Positions 17,791-27,983 of a stretch of 64,000 nt of DNA are shown here, in pieces. Each line of letters begins with the position of its first letter. Positions within the stretch are counted from its first letter, which is position 1. The position numbers and the translations under genes were made by a program. Below the pieces are notes generated by a model. That model was not told the origin of the DNA. It worked only from the letters and a program-made list of their open reading frames with translations, and ran no database searches. Source of the DNA: an uncultured Bacteroidales bacterium (lineage in GTDB: Bacteria > Bacteroidota > Bacteroidia > Bacteroidales > UBA932); NCBI GenBank assembly GCA_945874155.1, contig CAMCFO010000003.1, forward strand, positions 8,581 to 72,580, written 5' to 3'.

Positions 17791-19263
17791 TCAGTGGATT
17801 GCGGAGGCTTTGACCGCAGATTTCCATCCCCGTTCTGTCGCTTTGCGCTGGGCGGGGGTGCTTGTGCTGTCGAATTTGCGCTCCAGCCGCCATCTGTCTT
17901 TCAATTCATCGGTCCCGGACCAGAAACCGGTGGCAAGTCCGGCCATATAGCAGGCTCCGAGGGCTGTGGTTTCCCTCTCCTGAGGACGCAAAACGCTGAA
18001 TCCCAACACGTCAGCCTGAATCTGCATAAGCAGGTTGTTGGCCGAGGCTCCCCCGTCCACCTTCAGGTGGGTAAGAGGTATTTTGGAATCCCTTTGCATA
18101 CACCTGACCACATCTGCCACGCTGCAGGCAATTCCGTCCAGTGCTGCCCTCGCTATATGTGCCGCTGTGGTGCCTCTGCTCAGCCCGGTGATGCAGCCTC
18201 TTGCTTCAGAGTCCCAGTAAGGCGCTCCAAGACCTGTCAGGGCAGGTACGAACCAGACTCCGCCGCTGTTGGGAACCTGTGAGGCCAGAACTTCGATTTC
18301 GGAACTTGACTTGATAATCCCCAGATTGTCCCTGAGCCATTGCACTGCCGCTCCCGCCACGAAAACGCTGCCTTCGAGAGCATAATTCACCTTGTTTCCG
18401 ATTTTCCACGCCACGGTGGTCAGCAGCCTGTTGGAAGACTCCACAGCCTTTTCTCCCGTATTCATAAGCAGGAAGCATCCGGTTCCGTAGGTGTTCTTGA
18501 TTGAGCCTTTTTCCAGACACAACTGCCCGAAAAGTGCAGCCTGCTGGTCTCCTACCATTCCGGCCACGGGAATCTGCACTCCGTCCACTTCCGCATAGCC
18601 ATAGACCTCCGAACAGGATTTGACCTGAGGCAGCATACACCGCGGAATGTCCAAAAGGGCGAGAAGATCGTCGTCCCAGTCCAAGTTGTGGATATTGAAC
18701 ATCATAGTTCTGGAAGCATTGGTCACGTCGGTCACGTGCACCTTGCCGCCTGTGAGTCTCCAGAGCAGGTAGCAGTCCACTGTCCCGAAAAGCAGTCTCC
18801 CTTCTCGGGCAAATTGCCTTGCATCAGGCACATTGTCCAGAATCCACTTGAGCTTGGTCCCGGAGAAATAGGAGTCGGGCAGCAGTCCGGTGCGGCTGCG
18901 TATGAACTCGTCATAACCCTCCTCCGAAAGTCTGCTGCAATACTCCGCCGTCCTGCGGTCCTGCCATACGATTGCATTATAGACCGGCTCGCCGGTTTCC
19001 GCATTCCAGACAAGAGTGGTCTCCCTCTGGTTGGTGATTCCGAGCGCCGCAATGTTTTCAGCCCCTACCTTTCTTGCAACTTCCTCCATCACAATGCGTT
19101 GCGACTTCCATAGCTCTTCTGGGTCGTGCTCCACCCATCCGTTCCTGGGGAAATGTTGCGGAAACTCTTTCTGACTGACTGCAATCTGATGTGAATGGGC
19201 ATCAAAGACTATTGCGCGGGAACTGCTCGTACCCTGATCGAGGGCAAGTATGTAGGGCTTCAT
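17791..19263 (-). CDS. glpK: Glycerol kinase
   Basis: [47 protein letters not shown]; start MKPYI. Confidence 0.96.
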   Translation of the reverse strand: MKPYILALDQGTSSSRAIVFDAHSHQIAVSQKEFPQHFPRNGWVEHDPEELWKSQRIVMEEVARKVGAENIAALGITNQRETTLVWNAETGEPVYNAIVWQDRRTAEYCSRLSEEGYDEFIRSRTGLLPDSYFSGTKLKWILDNVPDARQFAREGRLLFGTVDCYLLWRLTGGKVHVTDVTNASRTMMFNIHNLDWDDDLLALLDIPRCMLPQVKSCSEVYGYAEVDGVQIPVAGMVGDQQAALFGQLCLEKGSIKNTYGTGCFLLMNTGEKAVESSNRLLTTVAWKIGNKVNYALEGSVFVAGAAVQWLRDNLGIIKSSSEIEVLASQVPNSGGVWFVPALTGLGAPYWDSEARGCITGLSRGTTAAHIARAALDGIACSVADVVRCMQRDSKIPLTHLKVDGGASANNLLMQIQADVLGFSVLRPQERETTALGACYMAGLATGFWSGTDELKDRWRLERKFDSTSTPAQRKATERGWKSAVKASAIH

Positions 19264-19383
19264 AATAAATTTTAATGAAATGTTGCAATGGAGCAATAAT
19301 TTGTTTACGAATTAACGTTTTTATTGCGGAAAATCAAAATTTTTCTTTCATTTGCAGACAGGTATTCATAAACCGCCATTCTT

Positions 19384-20298
19384 ATGAAGACACTAAAACT
19401 GAAATCCCGTTACGACGAGTTGGACCTTTCCGTGTCCATTTTTGAACCCGCAGGCATTCAGCCCAAGGGCATATTACAGATTTCCCACGGTATGGCCGAG
19501 CACAAGGAACGTTATTACCCTTTTATGGAATTTCTTGCTGCAAACGGCTGGATAAGTGTCATCCACGACCATCGCGGTCACGGTGAATCAGTCAAAAGTC
19601 CGGAAGACCTCGGACATATGTACTCAGGGGGTGCCGAAGCACTTGTGGAGGACCTTAAGCTTGTGCAGGACAAGGTGAAATCTGACTATCCGGGACTCAA
19701 ATGGGTGCTTTTCGGCCACAGTATGGGCTCTATGGTCGTGAGGGCTTTCACACGCAAATATGACGACAGCATCTGCTCCCTCATAGTCTGCGGCTGCCCG
19801 TCCGACAATCCCGCAAAGGGAGTAGCCCTCTTTCTTGCAAAGACCATAGGACTGTTTTGGGGAGACCGTCACCGTTCCAAATTCATAAATGCCCTTGCAT
19901 TCGGCTCCTACAACAGGAATTTCCCGAAAGAGGAGGGCGATCTGGCCTGGCTGAGTGCAAACCGGGCAAATGTCGCCGAATACGAAAAAGACCCTCTCTG
20001 CGGCTATTGCTTCACGGCCAACGGCTTTGCCAACCTGTTCAGAATTATGCAGTTGTGCTATAATCCCAAGGATTGGAAAATGTCCAACCCGAGCCTTCCG
20101 GTCCATTTCGTCTCCGGAGGTGATGACCCTTGCCGCATCAGCGACCAAGCATTTGAGGCTGCGGCGGATTTCCTTCGCAAGAGGGGCTATGCCAATGTGA
20201 CCACCCGCCTGTACCCGCACTTGCGCCACGAGGTTATGCTTGAAGGAGACAGACAGGTTTGGGATGACGTGCTTGCCTATATGGAAAAGGATATATAA
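19384..20298 (+). CDS. Alpha/beta hydrolase (lysophospholipase / monoacylglycerol lipase-like)
   Basis: HGMAEH, DHRGHG, GHSMG nucleophile, RHEVM catalytic His. Confidence 0.85.
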   Translation: MKTLKLKSRYDELDLSVSIFEPAGIQPKGILQISHGMAEHKERYYPFMEFLAANGWISVIHDHRGHGESVKSPEDLGHMYSGGAEALVEDLKLVQDKVKSDYPGLKWVLFGHSMGSMVVRAFTRKYDDSICSLIVCGCPSDNPAKGVALFLAKTIGLFWGDRHRSKFINALAFGSYNRNFPKEEGDLAWLSANRANVAEYEKDPLCGYCFTANGFANLFRIMQLCYNPKDWKMSNPSLPVHFVSGGDDPCRISDQAFEAAADFLRKRGYANVTTRLYPHLRHEVMLEGDRQVWDDVLAYMEKDI

Positions 20299-21350
20299 TG
20301 AGAGAGACCCTGCTCACCATAGCCAACCGGCTCGGAATTTCGATGACTACGGTTTCGAGAGTACTCAGCGGCAATGCGGAAAAATACCGCATCAGCAACA
20401 AGACCAGGGATATGGTTATGAATGAAGCCCAGCGCTGCCACTACACACCGAGTGCCGTGGCCCGCAGTCTGCGTACCCAGCGCTCGAATATGATAGGGCT
20501 GATTCTTCCGTCGGTTTCCAACAAGTATTTTGCTGACATTGCGGCAGTTGTGATTTCGGAATGTCGCCAGAAGGGCTATTCGGCGATAGTTATGGACGTG
20601 TCCGAGAACGAAGGTTTCCAGAAGGAGAGCATCAGGTCCCTTGCAGCGAGGGAGGTGGACGGACTGATTATAGCCCCTTGCGGGGATGACCCTTCGCAGC
20701 TGGAAATGGTGGACGAAATGCATTTCCCCGTAGTGCTCGTGGACCGCTATTTTGAGAACTCCAGGCTCTCCTATGTCACCACCAACAACTATCAGGGCGG
20801 AATGACAGCAGTGAGGCATTTGATTTCCAACGGACACTCCCGCATAGCCTGCATTCAGGGCGTGGAAACATCTCTGCCCAACCGCAAAAGGGTGGAAGGC
20901 TATGTCAGCGCAATGAAGGAAGCCGGGCTTGACGAGCATATCAGGGTGACAGGCAATGATTTCTCAGTACAGAACGGCTATGTCGAAACCCGTCTGCTGC
21001 TCAACTCCAGTCCCCGCCCTACCGCCATTTTCGCTCTCAGCAACACCATAGCACTGGGCACCTTCAAGGCAATAAAGGAGAGCGGGCTTAAAATTCCTGA
21101 CGACATTTCCCTCATATCCTTCGACGACAATGTCTATCTGGACTATATGGAGCCTCCTGTGACGAGGATAATACAACCGGTGGAGGATATGGCAAAGCTG
21201 TCCGTCCGCATACTTCTGGGTAAGATTGAAGACCGCCGCCTGCGTTGTGAGTCTGCTGATTCCCCGGGGAAGGACAACAGCAAGTCGGTACTGCACCTGG
21301 CTCCGAAACTCGTCCGTAGGGATTCTGTCTGTGTGCCGTTTTGCGACTAA
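20298..21350 (+). CDS. LacI-family transcriptional regulator
   Basis: N-terminal HTH TIANRLGISMTTVSRVL, YTPSAVARSL, VDGLII, PDDISLISFDD. Confidence 0.93.
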   Translation: MRETLLTIANRLGISMTTVSRVLSGNAEKYRISNKTRDMVMNEAQRCHYTPSAVARSLRTQRSNMIGLILPSVSNKYFADIAAVVISECRQKGYSAIVMDVSENEGFQKESIRSLAAREVDGLIIAPCGDDPSQLEMVDEMHFPVVLVDRYFENSRLSYVTTNNYQGGMTAVRHLISNGHSRIACIQGVETSLPNRKRVEGYVSAMKEAGLDEHIRVTGNDFSVQNGYVETRLLLNSSPRPTAIFALSNTIALGTFKAIKESGLKIPDDISLISFDDNVYLDYMEPPVTRIIQPVEDMAKLSVRILLGKIEDRRLRCESADSPGKDNSKSVLHLAPKLVRRDSVCVPFCD

Positions 21351-21487
21351 ATTTGCGCAGTTTTTTCCTGTCAACCATCAAATAATTTATCTTCATTGGT
21401 GAGATACGCCATCAAAGTTTCTACTTTTGACAAATAACAACGCAATCGTTGTCGTAAATACGGTTGCGAACACTAAAACCAGTAACT

Positions 21488-22375
21488 ATGTCAAAAGGAA
21501 ATATTCTGGTCATCGGAAGCAGCAACACCGATATGACCATCAGGGCATCCAGACTTCCGGCTCCGGGCGAGACCATACTTGGAGGTGAGTTCAAGATGGG
21601 ACGTGGAGGCAAGGGCGCAAATCAGGCAGTAGCCGCCAAACGTCTCGGTGGCAACGTTACTTTCGTGTGCAAAGTCGGAAATGATGTTTTCGGAAATGAA
21701 TCCGTTCAGGCATATGCTGCCGAGGGAATGGACATCTCCCGCATACTCCGGTCTGAAAAACCTTCCGGTACGGCACTCATTATGGTCGATGACTCCGGTG
21801 AAAACTGCATTTCGGTGGCTCCCGGTGCAAACGGGGATATCAGCGTGGAAGACATACGCTCCATAGCCGACCTCATACGCAGCGCATCCTATCTCATTCT
21901 TCAGCTGGAAATACCTGTGGCTGCGGTGGTGGAAGCGGCTCATATTGCTCACGAGGCAGGCGTATGTGTGATTCTCAATCCAGCCCCTGCGACTAAACTT
22001 CCTGAGAGCATCTTCGCGGACATAGACATCCTTACCCCGAACCAGACTGAAACCGCCATTCTTACCGGCATTTCCGACGACCCGGACAAGGCAGTCGCGC
22101 GACTTGCGGAACTCGGTGTGGGACGAATTGTGATGACCAGGGGCAGCAAGGGCAGTGCGGTCTATGAAAACGGCAAATGCACACTTGTGGATGCCTGCAA
22201 GGTGAACGCCATAGATGCTACTGCAGCCGGAGACACCTTCTGCGGAGCGCTCTGTGTGGGTCTGTCCGAAGGTTTGGACCTGGTGGAAGCCGCCCGTTTT
22301 GCCACAAGGGCATCAGCACTGACCGTTCAGAAAATGGGCGCACAGGAATCCATTCCTTACAGGAAGGACCTCTGA
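21488..22375 (+). CDS. rbsK: Ribokinase (PfkB family)
   Basis: GSSNTD, GGKGANQAVAA, LNPAPA, TPNQTE, DATAAGDTFCG. Confidence 0.92.
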   Translation: MSKGNILVIGSSNTDMTIRASRLPAPGETILGGEFKMGRGGKGANQAVAAKRLGGNVTFVCKVGNDVFGNESVQAYAAEGMDISRILRSEKPSGTALIMVDDSGENCISVAPGANGDISVEDIRSIADLIRSASYLILQLEIPVAAVVEAAHIAHEAGVCVILNPAPATKLPESIFADIDILTPNQTETAILTGISDDPDKAVARLAELGVGRIVMTRGSKGSAVYENGKCTLVDACKVNAIDATAAGDTFCGALCVGLSEGLDLVEAARFATRASALTVQKMGAQESIPYRKDL

Positions 22376-22442
22376 ATACGGGTAAGCGTATTGCTTTTAA
22401 GCTCCTGTAACCTATAATAAATATTACTAAAACCACATAATT

Positions 22443-23462
22443 ATGTTTATCGTAAACAGCACACTATTGGCAGTCATATTCTGTTTTGTGACTATGCTCT
22501 GTTGGGGCTCCTGGGGCAACACCCAGAAACTTGCCGCAAAAAGCTGGCGTTATGAGCTCTTCTACTGGGACTATGTAATCGGTATGGTCCTCTTTGCTCT
22601 GCTTATTGCTCTCACTATGGGAAGCATAGGCAATGAAGGTGTGCCTTTCTATAAGAACATTGCTCAGGTGAGCGCCGAAAACTGGGGTTGGATCATACTC
22701 GGAGGAGTGATCTTCAATGCGTCCAACATCCTTCTTTCGGCATCCACTTCTCTCGCCGGAATGGCTGTGGCCTTCCCTCTGGGAGTGGGCATCTCAATGG
22801 CCCTGGGTACCATAAACACCTATATAGTCGAACTTGGACAGGGAGTGCACAACACCAATCCGATCTGGCTTTTCGCAGGTGTGGTGCTCGTTGTGCTTGC
22901 AATAATCTGCAACGGAGTGGCGAGCGGCAAGGTCGGCAACAGTGATGTTCCGGCTTCTTCCAGAAAGAAGGGAATTGTGCTTGCGGTGCTGGCAGGAGTA
23001 CTTATGTCCCTGTTCTACAGCTTCGTGGCAAGGGCAATGGACCTGGAGAACTTCGCAAGTCCGGCTGTCGGCAAAGCGACACCTTACACAGCCATCGTCA
23101 TCTTCTCCCTTGGAGTACTTCTGAGCAACTTCATTTTCAACACCATAGTGATGAAGAAGCCTTTCGTGGGAGAGCCTGTTTCCTATTCCGAATATTTCAA
23201 AGGCAATTTCAAAACCCATCTTGTGGGTGTGCTCGGCGGCTGCATCTGGTGCCTCGGTACCGCGTTCAGCTACATCGCCTCAGGCAAGGCCGGAGCATCT
23301 GTTTCCTACGCACTCGGTCAGGGTGCCCCTATGATTGCAGCCATCTGGGGAGTTTTCATCTGGAAGGAGTTCAAGGGCTCAAACAAACTCGTCTATGGAC
23401 TTCTTACCCTGATGTTCATACTCTTCATCTGCGGTCTCGGATGTATTATTGCGGCCTCTTAA
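22443..23462 (+). CDS. GRP/DMT-family sugar transporter (probable ribose permease, RusT-like)
   Basis: About 10 TM helices, MLCWGSWGNTQK, FYWDY, SYALGQGAPM..WGVFIWKEF; adjacent to ribokinase. Confidence 0.8.
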   Translation: MFIVNSTLLAVIFCFVTMLCWGSWGNTQKLAAKSWRYELFYWDYVIGMVLFALLIALTMGSIGNEGVPFYKNIAQVSAENWGWIILGGVIFNASNILLSASTSLAGMAVAFPLGVGISMALGTINTYIVELGQGVHNTNPIWLFAGVVLVVLAIICNGVASGKVGNSDVPASSRKKGIVLAVLAGVLMSLFYSFVARAMDLENFASPAVGKATPYTAIVIFSLGVLLSNFIFNTIVMKKPFVGEPVSYSEYFKGNFKTHLVGVLGGCIWCLGTAFSYIASGKAGASVSYALGQGAPMIAAIWGVFIWKEFKGSNKLVYGLLTLMFILFICGLGCIIAAS

Positions 23463-23472
23463 TTTCTTGGTT

Positions 23473-26370
23473 ATGAAAAAGTTATTGTTAATTCTGGCAA
23501 TGGTGGCCTTTTCCTCGTCCCTGATGGCACAGACAGGTGGTATCAAGGGTGTGATTTTAGACGAAAAAGGTCAGCCTATGGCGGGCGCAGCAGTGGTTGT
23601 TCCCGGCACTCAGAAATATGCCATCACGGAGAATGACGGTACTTTCTCCATCTCTGCAGTTCAGGGCGAGACTCTGAATATCACTTATCTCGGCTACGAC
23701 GACCTGAATGTCAGCGTCACCTCGGAAAAGAACTACAAACTGACTATGACCCCGTCAGCAGCCACCCAGCTGAATGAAACCGTTGTCATAGGTTACGGCA
23801 CCTCCACCAAGAAGGAAATCACGGGTTCAGTGACGAGTCTGCGCAGTGAGGACTTCGACAAGGGTGCCTTCAACGACGCATCCGCACTTCTCCAGGGCAA
23901 GGTGGCTGGTCTTTCCATCACCAACCCGAACGGAGCCGACCCTAACGGTTCTATGGAAATCCTGCTCAGGGGTACCAACACCCTTTCCGCAGGTCAGGGA
24001 CCGCTTGTGATTATCGACGGAGTGAGCGGTGCAGACCTGAACAGCATCAACTTCCAGGAGGTTGCCACAATCGACGTGCTCAAGGACGGTTCAGCAGCTG
24101 CCATTTACGGAACGAGGGGTACCAACGGAGTCATCATCATCACCACCAAGAGAGCCAAATCCGGCAAGACCTCAGTGGAATATGACGGTCAGGTTTCAGT
24201 TCAGAGCGTCCTTTCACGCGCCGTACCTATGACTGCCGAGCAGTTCAAGTACACTGTGGACAACTATGTCCCGACAGCTGCCGCATCCCTCTACGGGGCC
24301 GAGACTGACTGGTTCGAAGAGGTAACCCGCACCCCTGTCTCACACCGCCATTCACTCGCAGTCGCCGGGGGTTCCGAGAACTTCTCACACAGGACCACTC
24401 TCAATGTGGAGCAGAACCAGGGCCTTCTCAAGAACAATGATGCGAAGAAATATCTCATCAAGACCAATATCCATCAGGAGGCTATAAATGGCTGGCTCAC
24501 ATTTGATTACAATATCAGTTATGCAAAGAGGAAGTACAACGGTACCCGCACGGGCATCTTCCGTCAGGCCTTCTTCCACAATCCGACCGAGCCTGTCTAT
24601 GACGAGAACGACACAGCCCACGGAGGCTACTACACCATCTCCTCTATGGACTACTACAACCCGGTGGCAATGCTCAAGGAGCGCAACAACAACTACGATG
24701 TGGATCTGGTGTCCGCAAACACCCGCGCCACCCTCAACATCCTTCCGGTCAAGGGCCTCAAATGGGACAATTTCGTGAGCTGGACTATGAAGAATTCCCG
24801 CTACACGGACTATAAGACCAAGTACTATCCGGGCGAATGGGGACTCAATGGCTCAGCCGAAATCGCCAACTCCAGAACCTCGGACGTGCAGTACGAGAGC
24901 ACCCTCCAGTATGCCAACACGTTCGGTGACCATTCCGTGCAAGCCATCCTGGGCTATTCTTACGAGCAGAGCGTTTCCGACAGTTCGGATATGTACAACT
25001 ACGGCTTCGACACCGACTGGTTCGGCGTGAACAACATCGGGGGAGGCAAGGCCTTACTCACAGGTAATGCTTCCTTAAGTTCCTACAAGGAATCCAACCG
25101 CTACATAGCTTTCTTCGGCAGGGTGATGTACAACTATGCCGAGAGGTATATGGCATCCGTTTCCCTGCGCCGCGACGGTTCAAGCCGTTTCGGAGCCAAC
25201 AACAAATGGGGATGGTTCCCGGCAGTGAGCCTGGGCTGGCGCATCAGCCAGGAGGGCTTTATGGAGAACGTGAAGTGGCTGGATGAACTCAAACTCAGGG
25301 CCGGATTCGGAATGACCGGAAACCAGGATTTCGCCAACTACAAATCCCTCTTCCTGGTCAAGACCAACGGTAACTTCTACTATGACGGCACCTGGTCCAC
25401 GGCCTATGCCCCTGCAAGCAACGCCAATCCTGACCTCTCCTGGGAAAAGAAATCCGAGTTCAACGTCGGTCTGGACTTCTCCTTCCTCAAAGGCCGTTTG
25501 AGCGGTACCATAGATTACTATTACCGTCTCACCACCGACCTGCTCTACAACTACACCGTTCCTGTGCCGCCTTACGACTACAACTATCTTTTCACCAATG
25601 TCGGCAAAATCAGCAACAGCGGTATAGAAATCACCATCAACGCCATTCCGGTGCAGACCAAGCACGCCAGCTGGCTCACTACCCTGACCTTCTCGCACAA
25701 CACCAACAAGCTCGTGTCCTTCACAAACGAGCAGTTCTCCGGTCAGGAATACCGCATAGGCTGGCTCAATTCTCCTCTTGCCTGCTACAGCCAGAGGCTC
25801 ATAGAGGGCGAGAGCATAGGCACTTTCTACGGTCCTGAGTACGAAGGCCTCCGCAGCAGCGGTTCCATCAAGGTGACCCAGACCAACGAAAAGGAATGGG
25901 TGAAACTCGGAAATGCCTATCCGATTTGCGACCTGGGATGGAGCAACAATGTGAAACTCTGGGACTTCTCCCTCAGCGCCACCTTCAGGGCATCCATAGG
26001 CGGCAAGGCTTTCAACCAGATGCGGGCTGTCTATGAATCCGTGAACGAGTTCGGACTCAAGAACGTGCTTGCAAGCTGGCTGGACGAGCCGGAATTCACC
26101 GGCAGGGTGGTCTATTGCTCGAAATATCTGGAAGATGCTTCCTTCCTCAAGCTGGATAATCTCACTCTTGCGTACAATGTGCCTTTGAAGAACCGCAAAG
26201 TGGTGAAATCCCTCTCCTTCTCCCTCACCGGGCAGAACCTTTTCACACTCACAGCCTACAAGGGAGTGGACCCTGAAGTGTCAAGATCGGGCCTCACCCC
26301 GGGTATTGAGGGCTTGAGCTACTATCCGCGCACGAGGGTATTCACCTTCGGAGCCAGCATCAAATTCTGA
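23473..26370 (+). CDS. susC: SusC-like TonB-dependent transporter
   Basis: ETVVIGYG, PLVIIDGV, VLKDGSAAAIYGTRG, NPDLSWEK, YPRTRVFTFGASIKF; start MKKLL. Confidence 0.96.
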   Translation: MKKLLLILAMVAFSSSLMAQTGGIKGVILDEKGQPMAGAAVVVPGTQKYAITENDGTFSISAVQGETLNITYLGYDDLNVSVTSEKNYKLTMTPSAATQLNETVVIGYGTSTKKEITGSVTSLRSEDFDKGAFNDASALLQGKVAGLSITNPNGADPNGSMEILLRGTNTLSAGQGPLVIIDGVSGADLNSINFQEVATIDVLKDGSAAAIYGTRGTNGVIIITTKRAKSGKTSVEYDGQVSVQSVLSRAVPMTAEQFKYTVDNYVPTAAASLYGAETDWFEEVTRTPVSHRHSLAVAGGSENFSHRTTLNVEQNQGLLKNNDAKKYLIKTNIHQEAINGWLTFDYNISYAKRKYNGTRTGIFRQAFFHNPTEPVYDENDTAHGGYYTISSMDYYNPVAMLKERNNNYDVDLVSANTRATLNILPVKGLKWDNFVSWTMKNSRYTDYKTKYYPGEWGLNGSAEIANSRTSDVQYESTLQYANTFGDHSVQAILGYSYEQSVSDSSDMYNYGFDTDWFGVNNIGGGKALLTGNASLSSYKESNRYIAFFGRVMYNYAERYMASVSLRRDGSSRFGANNKWGWFPAVSLGWRISQEGFMENVKWLDELKLRAGFGMTGNQDFANYKSLFLVKTNGNFYYDGTWSTAYAPASNANPDLSWEKKSEFNVGLDFSFLKGRLSGTIDYYYRLTTDLLYNYTVPVPPYDYNYLFTNVGKISNSGIEITINAIPVQTKHASWLTTLTFSHNTNKLVSFTNEQFSGQEYRIGWLNSPLACYSQRLIEGESIGTFYGPEYEGLRSSGSIKVTQTNEKEWVKLGNAYPICDLGWSNNVKLWDFSLSATFRASIGGKAFNQMRAVYESVNEFGLKNVLASWLDEPEFTGRVVYCSKYLEDASFLKLDNLTLAYNVPLKNRKVVKSLSFSLTGQNLFTLTAYKGVDPEVSRSGLTPGIEGLSYYPRTRVFTFGASIKF

Positions 26371-26394
26371 TAGAATCTCCCAAAAGAAATTAAG

Positions 26395-27936
26395 ATGAAA
26401 AGAAATGTCATAATGATTGCAGCACTTGCAGCCTTTGCTGCAGCCTGCACGAATCTGGATGAGGAGATCTATTCCCAGATTCCAAAGGAAGAGTTCCTGA
26501 AGGAGGATTCCAACGTGGCGCTCTACACCGCCAGACCGTACACCGCCCTCCAGAGCTGGGGCTCCGAGCAGAGTATGCTCACTATGATTATGCAGCTCAC
26601 CGACGAGGTGGCCATTCCGAAGGCCTACAACGGCAGCTGGGGTGAGCCCCGCTATACGGAATTGCAGAAACACACCATCACTGCGGGCAACAAGCTCGTG
26701 CGCTGTGCCTGGGACTTCTGCTTCGACGGCATTGCCGCCTGCAACGACGCCCTCAACGAGCTTCAGAAGCTTCAGCAGTCAGAGACTGTGCAGAGGAATA
26801 TAGCCGAAATCAAGGTCCTCCGGGCCTATTACTACCTGCTTGCAGTGGATTGCTGGGGCACCGTGCCTTTCTCCATAGACAAAAACTCCACAGACTATCC
26901 TGACCCGAAGGACAGGGCCTTTATGCTGCCTTTCCTGGAGAAGGAACTCAAGGACAATATGGATTTGCTTGACGACACCGTCTCCTCCAGGACTTATGGC
27001 CGTGTGACAAAATATGTCGCACAGTTCATTCTCGCCAAGATTTACCTCAACTCGGAAGAATGGCTCGGAACTCCGAGATATTCCGAACTGGAGAGCATCT
27101 GCAAGGATATTATGGGGAGCGGACAGTTCAAGCTCACCGACAATTATGCAGCCAATTTCGCCATCCACAACGAGAACGGCCCGGAAGCGGTGTTCGCCAT
27201 CCCGCACAGCAGCGTCTATACCAACAACGCCTTCTATATCTATGTGATGACCTTCAACGAGGACCTCCAGACCTGCTTCAACATAGGCGAGAGCTGGAAC
27301 GGTTCGATGATAGCACAGCCGGACTTCTTCGATTCCTATGAGGTCGGGGACAAGCGCCGTGACGACACCTGGCTCCACGGACAGGTCTATACCCCTGAAG
27401 GCAACAAGTACCAGTACAAGGTGATGACCGACTCGGGCTTGCAGATGGTGGACTACATCCTCAATCCTTCTCCGATTGACCCATCCAAATTCAGCGACGG
27501 TCTTTCCCGTCTGGACGGTGCACGCATCATCAAGTGGCCATATCAGACTGACGGTACGCTCACTTCCTACAGAATTTCGATGGAAAACGATTTCTATCTT
27601 ATGCGGTATTCGGATGTAGTGCTGATGTACGTGGAGGCACTTGTGCGTCAGAACAGGGCATCAGAGGCCGCTGGCGTGGAAGAATTCAAGAAAATCCGCC
27701 GCAGGGCAGGTCTGGAGCCTATGACGGCTGCCGAGCTCACCCTGGACAATCTGCTGCTGGAGCGTCAGCACGAACTTGCACTCGAAGGTTGGTCCCGTCA
27801 GGACCTCATACGTTTCGGGAAATATACCCGCGCCTGGTGGGCAAAGGATGAGGGCAAGCCTTATATGAAACTCCTCCCTATACCTGATATCCGTAGGGGA
27901 GACAATCCTAAACTCGGTCAGAACGACGGGTATTGA
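26395..27936 (+). CDS. susD: SusD/RagB-family lipoprotein
   Basis: Lipobox AAAC, LRAYYY, MRYSDVVLMYVEA, ERQHELALEGWSRQDLIRFG. Confidence 0.95.
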   Translation: MKRNVIMIAALAAFAAACTNLDEEIYSQIPKEEFLKEDSNVALYTARPYTALQSWGSEQSMLTMIMQLTDEVAIPKAYNGSWGEPRYTELQKHTITAGNKLVRCAWDFCFDGIAACNDALNELQKLQQSETVQRNIAEIKVLRAYYYLLAVDCWGTVPFSIDKNSTDYPDPKDRAFMLPFLEKELKDNMDLLDDTVSSRTYGRVTKYVAQFILAKIYLNSEEWLGTPRYSELESICKDIMGSGQFKLTDNYAANFAIHNENGPEAVFAIPHSSVYTNNAFYIYVMTFNEDLQTCFNIGESWNGSMIAQPDFFDSYEVGDKRRDDTWLHGQVYTPEGNKYQYKVMTDSGLQMVDYILNPSPIDPSKFSDGLSRLDGARIIKWPYQTDGTLTSYRISMENDFYLMRYSDVVLMYVEALVRQNRASEAAGVEEFKKIRRRAGLEPMTAAELTLDNLLLERQHELALEGWSRQDLIRFGKYTRAWWAKDEGKPYMKLLPIPDIRRGDNPKLGQNDGY

Positions 27937-27968
27937 TATGAAACCCGGTCAGAACGACGGTTATTGAC
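27910..27968 (+). repeat. 31-bp-period tandem duplication of the susD 3' end
   Basis: AAAC(T/C)CGGTCAGAACGACGG(G/T)TATTGA at 27910 and 27941. Confidence 0.85.
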
Positions 27969-27983
27969 AAAAATGATAAGATT

